64,000 nt of DNA from Pseudomonadota bacterium (GTDB lineage: Bacteria; Pseudomonadota; Gammaproteobacteria; Burkholderiales; Thiobacillaceae), in contig JAJXTE010000003.1 of assembly GCA_021784115.1 (NCBI GenBank), forward strand, positions 1,731 to 65,730, in the 5' to 3' direction. Below the pieces are notes generated by a model. That model did no database searches, was not told the DNA's origin, and saw only the letters and a list, made by a program, of their open reading frames with translations. Numbering within the stretch: the first letter of the stretch is position 1; every line of letters starts with the position of its first letter. Positions 20,926 through 32,629 of this stretch are shown in pieces. The position numbers and the translations under genes were made by a program.

Positions 20926-22236
20926 ATGCCCAACGCACTGTGGTTCATGCTCGTAGGCGGGCTGTTGCTTGTCATGGGCCTCACCTCTTCCATCCTCAAG
21001 CGCTCGCCGGTCACGGTTGCAATCATTTATCTGGCCGTGGGGCTGCTGGTCGGGCCGACCGTGCTTAACCTGTTCCATTTCAATCCGCTCAAGGAATCGG
21101 CCTTGCTGGAAGTCCTGACCGAAGTGGCGGTCTTGATATCCCTGTTCTCCGCCGGCGTCAAAATGCCGGTGCCCTTCAGCTTTGCCCGCTGGCGCGCACC
21201 GATCCTGCTGGCGACCGTCTCCATGGCCATCACCGTCGCGCTGATTGCTGCCTTCGCCCATTACGTGCTGGGCATGCCGCTAGGCGCCGGCGTGCTCCTC
21301 GGGGCGATCGTCGCACCGACCGATCCGGTGCTGGCAACCGATGTCCAGGTCCGTCATCCCGGAGATCGCGACCATCTGCGGTTCACCCTGACCTGCGAGG
21401 CGGGAATGAACGATGGCAGCGCGTTTCCGTTTGTGATGCTGGGGCTGGGCTTGCTGGGGTTGCATGAATTGGGCGACTTCGGCCTGAACTGGATCCTGCT
21501 GGACGGCGTCTGGGCCACTCTGGGGGGCATTGCGCTCGGCCTCGTCGCGGGCGTGGCGCTCGCGCGCCTGGGATGGACGCTGCGTCGCGCGCCCTACCAA
21601 CATGAATTGATGGACGATTTCATTGGCCTCGGTCTGATCGGTGTCGTCTATGGGGTTGCGGTGCTGATTCACGTCTGGGGGTTCCTGGCCGTTTTTTTCG
21701 CGGCCGTCGCCTTGCGCCAGACCGAGCAGAAGCTCGCCAGGGCGGCCCGGGATGCGCTGGATTCGCAGCGTTCCGGGGAAATTGCGAATGGCGACGACGA
21801 GGCGTGCGCGCCCGAGTTGCCGCCCACGGTCAGCGAGGGATCGCTGGTGTTCAAGGAGCATCTGGAGAGGCTTTCGGTCGTGGTCCTGATTCTGCTGATC
21901 GGCGGGACGCTGTTTGTCGATTCGTGGAGTTGGAAGGCTGTCTGGCTGGCGCTGTTCCTGTTTGTCGTCGCCCGACCGGCGAGCGTCTTCGTCGGTCTGC
22001 TGGGTACGCGCACGCCCTGGCGGATGCGCGTGATGACCGGCTGGTTCGGCGTGCGCGGAATCGGTTCGCTCTATTACCTGGTGTACGCCATCCAGAGCGG
22101 GCTGCCCGAACCGCTGGCGCTCGACCTGATCCAGATGACCCTGATCGTCGTGACGCTCTCCATTCTTCTCCACGGCATCAGCGTCAAGCCGCTGATGGGA
22201 CGTTTCTGGCGTCGCGCGGCGGACGAATCGCATTGA
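20926..22236 (+). CDS. cation:proton antiporter (CPA1, Na+/H+ exchanger family)
   Basis: 436-aa polytopic membrane protein with Na_H_exchanger-like sequence (GPTVLNLF...LLEVLTEVAVLISLFSAGVKM...APTDPVLA). Confidence 0.9.
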   Translation: MPNALWFMLVGGLLLVMGLTSSILKRSPVTVAIIYLAVGLLVGPTVLNLFHFNPLKESALLEVLTEVAVLISLFSAGVKMPVPFSFARWRAPILLATVSMAITVALIAAFAHYVLGMPLGAGVLLGAIVAPTDPVLATDVQVRHPGDRDHLRFTLTCEAGMNDGSAFPFVMLGLGLLGLHELGDFGLNWILLDGVWATLGGIALGLVAGVALARLGWTLRRAPYQHELMDDFIGLGLIGVVYGVAVLIHVWGFLAVFFAAVALRQTEQKLARAARDALDSQRSGEIANGDDEACAPELPPTVSEGSLVFKEHLERLSVVVLILLIGGTLFVDSWSWKAVWLALFLFVVARPASVFVGLLGTRTPWRMRVMTGWFGVRGIGSLYYLVYAIQSGLPEPLALDLIQMTLIVVTLSILLHGISVKPLMGRFWRRAADESH

Positions 22237-22350
22237 TTGGGCAGCGGTAGTCCGCCCTCTGCGGACGGACTATAAAAAAAACCAGACAGGGTCGGAAAGC
22301 ATCCGCCCGCTCGCCTGCATTCGATTAATCCTGACATCGGGAAGGCATCC

Positions 22351-24386
22351 ATGAAAGTCCTGCCACGTATCTGGCTGATCGCGTTATTGTTCCTGGTCGG
22401 CTTGCCGGGCACCGGGGTGTACGCTGCGGACGGCGACGGAGCGTGGGCCCCCACCCCGCCGCGGCTGAGCTTTATGACGGCGAGGTGTCGTACTGGCGGT
22501 ACGGCGCCGACGAGTGGGTGGATGCGCGACCCAATCTGGCGCTGGCCGAAGGCGATGCGTTTTACACCGGAAATGATGCCAACCTGGAGGTGCAGTTCGG
22601 CAGTCGCAGCTTTGTGCGCGCCGACGAGAATAGCCAGTTGTCGCTGGTTGCGCAGGAAGCGCACACCATCCAGTTCAAGCTGACCAGCGGGCGGGCGTCC
22701 TTCGACATGCGCAGCCTGGCGGTGGGCGACACGGTGGAGGTCAGTACGCCGAATGCCGTGTTCGTCATCGAGCATCCCGGCTACTACCGGGTGGAGGTGA
22801 ACAGCCGCGAAGCCCATTTCATCACCCGCCGTGGCGGCGAGGCCACGGTGATCACGGCTGATGGGCGCTCGCTGAGCATCTATCCATCAGAGGAAATCGT
22901 CGTGACTGCCGGCAATCCGGTGCACGTGGCCACTTACGCCCCGCCGTCGCCTGATGCATGGGACCGCTGGAACGATGAACGCAGCGACCGGATCAGCGAA
23001 TCGATCAGCGCCCGCTATCTGCCGCCCGGTATGTATGGCGCCGAAGAACTCGACCACTACGGCCAGTGGCGGGTGGTGCCGACCTACGGCGCGGTGTGGA
23101 TTCCGTATGGCATGCGTGCCGACTGGGTACCCTACAGCACCGGCTCCTGGGTGTGGGATCCCTATTACGAATGGACCTGGATCGACGATTCGCCGTGGGG
23201 CTGGGCGCCCTTCCACTATGGCCGCTGGATCTATCTGGACGGCTTCTGGGCGTGGGCGCCGGGGCCGGTGGTGCGGCGCGCGGTGTATTCGCCCGCGCTG
23301 GTGGCGTTCCTGATCCGCGACCATGACGTGTCAGCGCGCATCAGCATCGGCCTGCCCGGGCTTTGGTGGGTCGCGCTGAGCTGGGGCGAGCCGGTGCTGC
23401 CGTGGTGGGGCCCATCCCACTATCGCGGCCATCCGTGGTGGGGCGGCTGGGGCGGGCCGCGGATTGTCAACCACGTGGTGATCAATCAGACCACGGTCAT
23501 CAATGTGGGCACCATCCATTTCCACAATGCCACCCTGCCGCACGCCATCCTCACGGTACCCGCTGACACGTTTGGCCGTGAGCGGATTCGCGCCACCCTG
23601 GAGAATCGTTACCGGTACACCGATTTCGCGCCGGTGCGTGGGGAGCTGCCGGTCAAGCCTACGCGTGCGAGCCTGTTTGGCGGCGCGTCCAAGGGCGTGG
23701 CGCCGCCGCGGGAAATCCTTGCGCGCCCGGTGGTGTCGACGCGTCAGCCGCGCGAGCGGCTCCTGCCCTGGCAGGACACGGCGCCGCGCGCCGCCACCCA
23801 GGCGGGGCCCGAATCCCGCTATGTGATCCCGCCTGCACGTCGCCCGCAAGAAACGAAGCCCCTGCCGCGGCCGCCTTTCGGTGCCGACACCGGTCCGGAA
23901 CGGCCGCCACAGCCGCTGCCGCCGCGCTATGAGGACATGAAGAAGTCGGTGACGCCGCCATCGCCGGCCACCCCCCGCAGCCAGACGACGACGCGCGAGC
24001 AAGAGACCGAGCGCAGGGAGGTGCAGCCCGCGGCCCGCCCTGCCGCCGTTGCGCCGGCCAGCCGTCCGGCAGCGCCGAGCGTGCAGGTCCCGCGCGCGCG
24101 TACCGAGCCTGTGCCCCAGTCTCCCGTCACCCCGCGCGGCCAGACCACGATACGCGAGCAAGGGACCGAGCGCCGGGAAGTCAAGCCTGCGCCTCGACCC
24201 GGTGGGGTTGCGCCGCCGGCCAGCCGCCCGGCGGCGCCTGGCAGCGTGCAGGCGCCGCGCGGTGGGGGCGAGCCCCCCTCGCCTCGCGTCGAAACCCGGC
24301 AGGACAGGAAAGAGCGGGCATTGCCAGGCCAGCCTGCCAACCAGACCTACCGGGGGCGCGACCGCGAAAACCGGGATGCGCGCTAA
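22351..24386 (+). pseudogene. FecR/DUF6600-like secreted protein, interrupted by a frameshift near 22465-22480
   Basis: The signal peptide plus PPRLS(F) motif is in frame 1 (ORF 22351-22683). The rest (YDGEVSYWRYGADEWV..., the W/Y-rich YGxW/WAPxHYGRW region and a Pro-rich tail) is in frame 3 (ORF 22443-24386). Confidence 0.7.
23961..24284 (+). repeat. two tandem copies of a ~159-bp (53-aa) unit in the Pro-rich tail
   Basis: SPATPRSQTTTREQETERREVQPAARPAAVAPASRPAAPSVQVPRARTEP aligns with SPVTPRGQTTIREQGTERREVKPAPRPGGVAPPASRPAAPGSVQAPRGGGEP. By hand alignment, 38 of 53 positions are identical. Confidence 0.8.
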
Positions 24387-24424
24387 GCGAATGGCTCAGT
24401 GAGGGGGCGCGGACGACAGGCGGA

Positions 24425-24856
24425 TCAGCCCTTGCGGTGGTGGCGCAGCAGGCTGTCCAGCGCGTCCTTGAGGGGGCCATCTTCGATTTCCGCATTCAAG
24501 TGCGCCAGACCGTCCAGCGCGGCGGGCGGCAAGCCGGCCTTCTCGACGGGGTGGACATAGCGCGCCAGCAGTTCGGGGTTGACGCTGACGCGCACCGCCG
24601 TCGCCACGATTCCGTGCTTGCCGAGGCCGGCCATCAGCGCGTCGGTCTGATGGCGCAGGCGGCTCGCGGCAGCCCCGCTGTCGCAGGCGAGGCTCAATAC
24701 GCCATTTTCCATCTGCATCACGCGAACGTGCCCGGCCAGCGCGGCGGGCAGGGAACGGTCGAGCGCCGCCTGGGTCTTCAGCAGGGCGCGGGCGCGCACC
24801 GCCAGGCCATTCGGCAGCTGGCTGGCGAGCAGGTCGGCCAGACTCGAGGCGCTCAC
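24425..24856 (-). CDS. DUF721 (DciA-like) domain protein
   Basis: 143 aa, divergent from secA. The pattern ...GVLSLACDSGAAASRLRHQTDALMAGL... matches what I remember of DUF721 proteins found next to secA/lpxC in proteobacteria. Confidence 0.65.
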   Translation of the reverse strand: MSASSLADLLASQLPNGLAVRARALLKTQAALDRSLPAALAGHVRVMQMENGVLSLACDSGAAASRLRHQTDALMAGLGKHGIVATAVRVSVNPELLARYVHPVEKAGLPPAALDGLAHLNAEIEDGPLKDALDSLLRHHRKG

Positions 24857-24945
24857 GGGCGTGACACGCGCGCGTCGCGGGAAGGCCGTTCCGCTATGTT
24901 AAGATTCAACGGTTTACCGCGTCCTGCGGGCATTTCGGATTCCTC

Positions 24946-27651
<2,706 letters not shown>

Positions 27652-27660
27652 GGAGTCACC

Positions 27661-27888
27661 ATGCCCTACTATGTTTTCCGTCTGGGAATGTTCAAGGTGC
27701 TGGAAAAGCGGGGCGAGTGGGCGACCTTCAAGGAAGCCAAGGCGCACACCAATGAACTGCGCAAGACGCTCGACCCCAAGACCGGCGACAAGTACAAGAT
27801 GATCTTTGCCGAGAATGAAATCGCCGCGCAGGACACGCTGACGGCCGAGCGCGAACTGGACCAGCGGCTGTCCGGTGACGACTGGTAA
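27661..27888 (+). CDS. small hypothetical protein
   Basis: 75-aa ORF starting 10 nt after the secA stop, with a GAGGAG SD. Charged, soluble-looking sequence. Confidence 0.6.
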   Translation: MPYYVFRLGMFKVLEKRGEWATFKEAKAHTNELRKTLDPKTGDKYKMIFAENEIAAQDTLTAERELDQRLSGDDW

Positions 27889-27930
27889 ACGCGGCGGCTG
27901 CTCAACCCATGTCTTGTGTGATGACGCTTC

Positions 27931-28377
27931 ATGGCTGAATACAACGAAGACGCCTACAAACTGGCCCGCAAGGCCTACATCGAATACAGCTGCCCGTTCG
28001 AGCGGGCCCTGCTGTCGCGTTGCGTGAGCTGCGCCCGCTCGCGCAAGCTGAATCTGGCCGAGCGCGAAGCGATTGCCTGCGGCGACCCCGGCGTGCGCGA
28101 ACACTGCCTGACGTTCTATCAGGCGCTGCACGAGAACGCGCAATTCGCGCTCAAGATCAATCCCGATGCGCCGTGGCCATTCGGCAAGGAAATCCGCGCC
28201 CAGTGTGGCGGTGTGCGCGGCCTGTCGACCGCGCTCGAGGGCGCTGCCGACGAAGCAACCGACATCGCCGCGACCGTGCTGCAGGGCACGGCGCATTTCG
28301 GCGATACCGCCGATTTTCCCTACTCCGAAATCATGCGCGCCGTGGTGCATTACGAACCGCGCAAGCGCCGCTCATGA
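27931..28377 (+). CDS. hypothetical Cys-containing protein
   Basis: 148-aa ORF with genome-typical codon use and several Cys residues (C21, C31, C34, C50, C59). No family recognised and the SD is weak. Confidence 0.5.
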   Translation: MAEYNEDAYKLARKAYIEYSCPFERALLSRCVSCARSRKLNLAEREAIACGDPGVREHCLTFYQALHENAQFALKINPDAPWPFGKEIRAQCGGVRGLSTALEGAADEATDIAATVLQGTAHFGDTADFPYSEIMRAVVHYEPRKRRS

Positions 28378-28457
28378 CCAAAACTACCAGTCGGGGAACC
28401 CGAGTGGGCGTGCCGCGGTCACTTGGTCGGCTTCCGCTTTTTGATTACACTTTCCGC

Positions 28458-28832
28458 GTGCGTGCCCGACTCCACCGATACCTGTTGATGCTGCTGATGC
28501 TGGCCCTGCCGCTGCAGGCGTTTGCCTATACTGCCATGCAGGCCTGCATGTTTTCGGATCGGGGTGCGGCGGAACAGATGGCAATGTCCGGCGAGGCGAT
28601 GGAGGGCATGACCGACTGCCACACCACACCCGACCCGCCGCATAGCCCACCCGCACAACACGAATGCAAGTACTGCGCTGCCTGCGCGCTGGCCTCGGCC
28701 CTGCCGATCGACTTCACCGGCGGCACGCCGGTGGTGCCGATTGCGCACAGCTTCGCCTTGCTGCCCGCTGCGTCGTTCAGCGGCTTCATCCCGGACGGCC
28801 CTGACCGACCTCCCCGGGCCTCCCTCGCCTGA
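28458..28832 (+). CDS. small secreted Cys/His/Met-rich protein, CzcI/DUF2946-like
   Basis: The GTG start gives a signal-like N-terminus (VRARLHRYLLMLLMLALPLQAFA). It also has a Met-rich segment, an ECKYCAACAL motif and a C-terminal PDRPPR. Only the C-terminal part of listed ORF 28020-28832 is credible; alternative starts are at 28374 and 28488. Confidence 0.5.
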   Translation: MRARLHRYLLMLLMLALPLQAFAYTAMQACMFSDRGAAEQMAMSGEAMEGMTDCHTTPDPPHSPPAQHECKYCAACALASALPIDFTGGTPVVPIAHSFALLPAASFSGFIPDGPDRPPRASLA

Positions 28833-28904
28833 ATCGCGCGCTGGTAACGGCGCGTAGCCCGATTTTGCGCGCGGAGAAAATGCCGCGCGGTTGCGAGGAC
28901 GATC

Positions 28905-29207
28905 ATGTTGAAGCTTTTCTTACGTCGTGCGGCGCTGCTGGCGTACGCACCTTTCCTGGCGCTGGTGTCGATGTGCGCATGGCTTGCAGCAATGCCGGCG
29001 GCACTGGCGGCCGAAGCCGTTGCATCCCGGCCCGTTGCAGCCGACCCTTTCGGGCATTACCAGCGCTGGCGCGACGAACCGCTGCAGGACTGGCGCAAGG
29101 CCAACGCGCGCGTCGGTGAGATCGGCGGCTGGCGCACCTATCTGCGCGAGTCGCAGCAGGCCGGCGACGGTCCGGGCCAGAACGGGAGCGACCATCATGC
29201 GCACTGA
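28905..29207 (+). CDS. small secreted protein with His-rich C-terminus, hypothetical
   Basis: 100 aa with a signal peptide ending ALAAEA, a W/R-rich core (YQRWRDEPLQDWRKANARV) and a C-terminal SDHHAH. It abuts the OMP gene. Confidence 0.5.
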   Translation: MLKLFLRRAALLAYAPFLALVSMCAWLAAMPAALAAEAVASRPVAADPFGHYQRWRDEPLQDWRKANARVGEIGGWRTYLRESQQAGDGPGQNGSDHHAH

Positions 29208-30630
29208 GATGACCCCCATGAATCCGACGCCTTTTACGTTGCGCACTCTGGCGCTTGCAGTGCTCGCCACCGTATTGCTCGGCGGCTGCGCGAATTTCTC
29301 GGCGGACGGCGGCTTCGATGCGATTCAGTCGGCCACGCAGTCGCGCATCCAGAAGGATGTCGTGTGGTCGCGCGACGAGGCCGCCCGGTCGCAAACGCAG
29401 GCGCGCATCGATGCGTTGCTGGCCAAGCCGCTGTCCGCAGAGGATGCGGTACAGATCGCGCTCCTCAACAATCCTGGCCTGCAGGCGGCATTCAACACGC
29501 TCGGCATTGCGGAAGCCGACTGGATCGGGGCGCGGCGCCTGCCGAACCCCGCGCTGAGCATCGGCCGGCTCACGCAAGGAGCCGAGGTGGAGTGGGATCG
29601 CGCGGTCAGCCTCGACCTGATGCGGCTGCTGACCATGCCGATGCGTGCCGGCATCGAAGAGCGCCTGTTCGAGCAGACGCGGCAAAGGCTGTTGCTCGAC
29701 GTGCTGCGGCTGGCGGCGGATACGCGCAAGGTGTGGGTCGTTGCGGTCTCTGCCAACCAGACGGCGCACTATCAGCAGCAGGCGATGGAGGCTGCAGAAG
29801 CCGGGGCGGAACTGGCGCGACGCATGGCGCAGGTGGGGAACTGGAGCAAGCTGAAGCAGGCGCGCGAGCAGGCCTTCTATGCGGACGCGGCGCTGGCCGT
29901 CGCGCGCGCCGAGCAGGCCAGGCTGCAGGCGCGCGAACGGCTCACCCGGCTGCTGGGCTTGAGCAGCGCGGACGCGATCCAACTGCCGACGCGCCTGCCC
30001 GATCTGCCGGCGTCGCTGCCGCCGCTGCCGGATGTCGAGCAGCGCGCGATGGACACGCGCGTCGACCTGCAGATGACCCGGCTGCAGACCGAGGCGCTGG
30101 CCAGGAACCTCGGACTCACCCGGCGCACGCGCATCATCAATGTGCTGGAGCTCGGCGCCATGAACAACAGCTTCAACGATGCGCCGCTGCAGCGCGGCTA
30201 CGAGATCAGCTTCGAGCTGCCGCTGTTCGACTGGGGACAGGCCCGCGTGGTGCAGGCCGAGTCGCGCTACCGCCAGGCGCTCGAACGCGCACGCGAGACC
30301 GCGGTGAACGCGCGTTCGCAGGTGCGCGAGGCCTATGCCATGCAGCAGAGCCAGTACGCCGTTGCGCGGCACCTGCGCGACGAGGTGGTGCCGCTGAAGC
30401 AGCGCATTTCGGAAGAAAACCAGTACCGCTACAACGGCATGCTGATTGGCGTGTTCGAACTGCTCGCCGACGCGCGTTCGCAGATCGCCGCGGTCAACGC
30501 CGCCATCGAGGCGCAACGCGATTTCTGGCTCGCCGACGCCGACATGCAGATGGCGCTGGCCGGCCCACCGGGAAAAACCGCGGTCACCTCGATCTCATCC
30601 GTCCCCGCCGACGTTGCGGGCGGACATTGA
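29197..30630 (+). CDS. TolC-family outer membrane efflux lipoprotein
   Basis: Lipobox LLGGC, followed by two OEP-type repeat halves rich in coiled-coil Ala/Arg/Gln. Alternative starts are at 29209 and 29218. Confidence 0.85.
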   Translation: MRTEMTPMNPTPFTLRTLALAVLATVLLGGCANFSADGGFDAIQSATQSRIQKDVVWSRDEAARSQTQARIDALLAKPLSAEDAVQIALLNNPGLQAAFNTLGIAEADWIGARRLPNPALSIGRLTQGAEVEWDRAVSLDLMRLLTMPMRAGIEERLFEQTRQRLLLDVLRLAADTRKVWVVAVSANQTAHYQQQAMEAAEAGAELARRMAQVGNWSKLKQAREQAFYADAALAVARAEQARLQARERLTRLLGLSSADAIQLPTRLPDLPASLPPLPDVEQRAMDTRVDLQMTRLQTEALARNLGLTRRTRIINVLELGAMNNSFNDAPLQRGYEISFELPLFDWGQARVVQAESRYRQALERARETAVNARSQVREAYAMQQSQYAVARHLRDEVVPLKQRISEENQYRYNGMLIGVFELLADARSQIAAVNAAIEAQRDFWLADADMQMALAGPPGKTAVTSISSVPADVAGGH

Positions 30631-30642
30631 TAAGGATTCCTC

Positions 30643-32028
30643 ATGACGTCAAGACGTGATTTTTTCAAGCTCGGCGGCGCGCTTGCCGCCGCTTCGGTGA
30701 GCCCGGTGGCGATGGCAGCGCTTCCGGAAATCGTGAGCATGGACAAGCCCGACACCCAGCCGCCGCTGACGCCGCCCAACGGCCGTCCCTACAATGCGGT
30801 AGTGACGCTCAACGGCTGGACGCTGCCGTGGCGCATGAAGGGCGGGGTGAAGGAATTCCATCTCGTCGCCGAGCCGGTCGTGCGCGAAATCGCCCCGGGC
30901 ATGAAGGCCCACCTGTGGGGCTACAACGGCCAGAGCCCCGGCCCGACCATCGAGGTGGTGGAAGGCGACCGTGTGCGCATCTATGTCACCAACCGCCTGC
31001 CCGAGCACACGACCATCCACTGGCACGGCCAGCGCCTGCCCAACGGCATGGACGGCGTCGGCGGGCTCACCCAGCCGCAGATCGCGCCGGGCAAGACCTA
31101 TGTCTACGAATTCGTCGCGCGCCGCCCCGGCACCTTCATGTACCACCCGCACGCCGACGAGATGACACAGATGGCGATGGGCATGATGGGATTCTGGGTG
31201 ACGCATCCGAAGGGCAGACAGCCGCTGATCGAACCGGTGGACCGCGATTTCTGCTTCCTCATCAACGCCTACGACATCGACCCCGGCAGCGCCACGCCGT
31301 CGGTCAACACCATGCTCGACTTCAACCTGTGGACCTGGAACAGCCGCGCCTTTCCCGGCATCGACAGCCTCAACGTGCGGCTGAACGATCGGGTGCGCAT
31401 CCGCATGGGCAACCTCACCATGACCAACCATCCGATGCACCTGCACGGCGTCGAGTTCGAGGTGACTGGAACCGACGGCGGGCCGGTGCCGAAATCCGCG
31501 CGCTGGCCCGAAGTCACGACCGACATCGCGGTCGGCCAGATGCGCCAGATCGAGTTCGTCGCCGACGCGGAAGGCGACTGGGCCTTCCATTGCCACAAGA
31601 GCCACCACACCATGAACGCGATGGGCCATGGGGTGCCGACGATGATCGGCGTCGACTACAGCGGCCTGGCCGGCAAGATCAGCAAGCTCATCCCCGACTA
31701 CATGGCGATGGGCGAGCGCGGCATGGCCGACATGGCTGAAATGGAGATGCCGCTGCCCGACAACACCCTGCCGATGATGACCGGCCGGGGACCCTACGGC
31801 TCGGTCGAGATGGGCGGCATGTTCAGCGTGATGAAGGTGCGGCGCGAGCAGAAGCGCGACGATTATTCCGACCCCGGCTGGTACACGCAGCCGCCGGGCA
31901 CGCAGGCGCGCGAGGTCGCCGGCGCGCCGGCCGATCCGATACGCGCGCCGCTGACCACCCGCGCTCATGACGCAGGAAACGAAATTGAAGTGACTGTTCG
32001 CAAACCCACCGGCCATGCCGGTCATTGA
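30643..32028 (+). CDS. Tat-exported multicopper oxidase
   Basis: Twin-arginine signal MTSRRDFFKLGG. Copper-ligand motifs are present: HWHG (TTIHWHGQ), YHPH, HPMHLHG and HCHKSHHTM. Confidence 0.92.
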   Translation: MTSRRDFFKLGGALAAASVSPVAMAALPEIVSMDKPDTQPPLTPPNGRPYNAVVTLNGWTLPWRMKGGVKEFHLVAEPVVREIAPGMKAHLWGYNGQSPGPTIEVVEGDRVRIYVTNRLPEHTTIHWHGQRLPNGMDGVGGLTQPQIAPGKTYVYEFVARRPGTFMYHPHADEMTQMAMGMMGFWVTHPKGRQPLIEPVDRDFCFLINAYDIDPGSATPSVNTMLDFNLWTWNSRAFPGIDSLNVRLNDRVRIRMGNLTMTNHPMHLHGVEFEVTGTDGGPVPKSARWPEVTTDIAVGQMRQIEFVADAEGDWAFHCHKSHHTMNAMGHGVPTMIGVDYSGLAGKISKLIPDYMAMGERGMADMAEMEMPLPDNTLPMMTGRGPYGSVEMGGMFSVMKVRREQKRDDYSDPGWYTQPPGTQAREVAGAPADPIRAPLTTRAHDAGNEIEVTVRKPTGHAGH

Positions 32029-32043
32029 ATGAAAGGAAAAAAC

Positions 32044-32409
32044 ATGAAATCCGCACTGCTATCGATTGCCTTGCTGGCCGCCCCGCTGACAGTTGTTCAC
32101 GCTAACGGCGACGGCATGCCCATGCTGGTGGCCGAGACCCACACCATGAACATGCCAGCGGCCGGGGGGGATCACGACATGACTGTGCCGGCGGCCGAGG
32201 GTGTGGTGCGCAAGATTGACCGCGACGCAGGAAAGATCACCCTCCGCCACGGCGTCATCAAAAGCATCAACATGCCGTCGATGACGATGGTCTACAAGGC
32301 CGCTAATGCGTCCCTCCTAGAGGGACTCAAGGCAGGTGACCGGGTCCGCTTCGATGTCGAGAAGCGGGACGGCGTTGACACCATTACCCGTATCGAGCGG
32401 CAGCACTGA
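32044..32409 (+). CDS. cusF: CusF-like periplasmic copper-binding protein
   Basis: Signal peptide, Met/His-rich N-terminus, and a CusF-type core GKITLRHGVIKSINMPSMTMVYK. AAAGGA SD lies before the ATG at 32044; the ORF is open from 32029. Confidence 0.82.
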   Translation: MKSALLSIALLAAPLTVVHANGDGMPMLVAETHTMNMPAAGGDHDMTVPAAEGVVRKIDRDAGKITLRHGVIKSINMPSMTMVYKAANASLLEGLKAGDRVRFDVEKRDGVDTITRIERQH

Positions 32410-32629
32410 CGTCTGATGAAGGCAAGGCCGACGGCATCGTGCAGCGCGACTCCATCACGTCTGGGATCGGGCCCGCGCGATCGTGCATTGCACGAGAGCA
32501 CGGATGGGGAAGCTGCCCGGGTAGCCGGTCGGGCAAATCAACGACGGATTTTGTACTAGAGTGGACGTGAAGCCTGCCGCGTCCACGCACTTGGCATGTG
32601 CGGGTGGGTCCACCCTTATTGAGGAGAGC

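Noticed and set aside
22247-22285. Hairpin TAGTCCG...CGGACTA after the antiporter gene, considered as a terminator
   Set aside because: The stem is followed by A8 rather than a T-run on the + strand, and on the minus strand the T-run would precede the stem. It is therefore not a convincing intrinsic terminator for either direction.
28020-28457. N-terminal 146 codons of listed ORF 28020-28832
   Set aside because: This part overlaps the 27931-28377 ORF in another frame and is Arg-rich nonsense. Only the signal-peptide-bearing C-terminal 124 codons look like a real CzcI-like gene.
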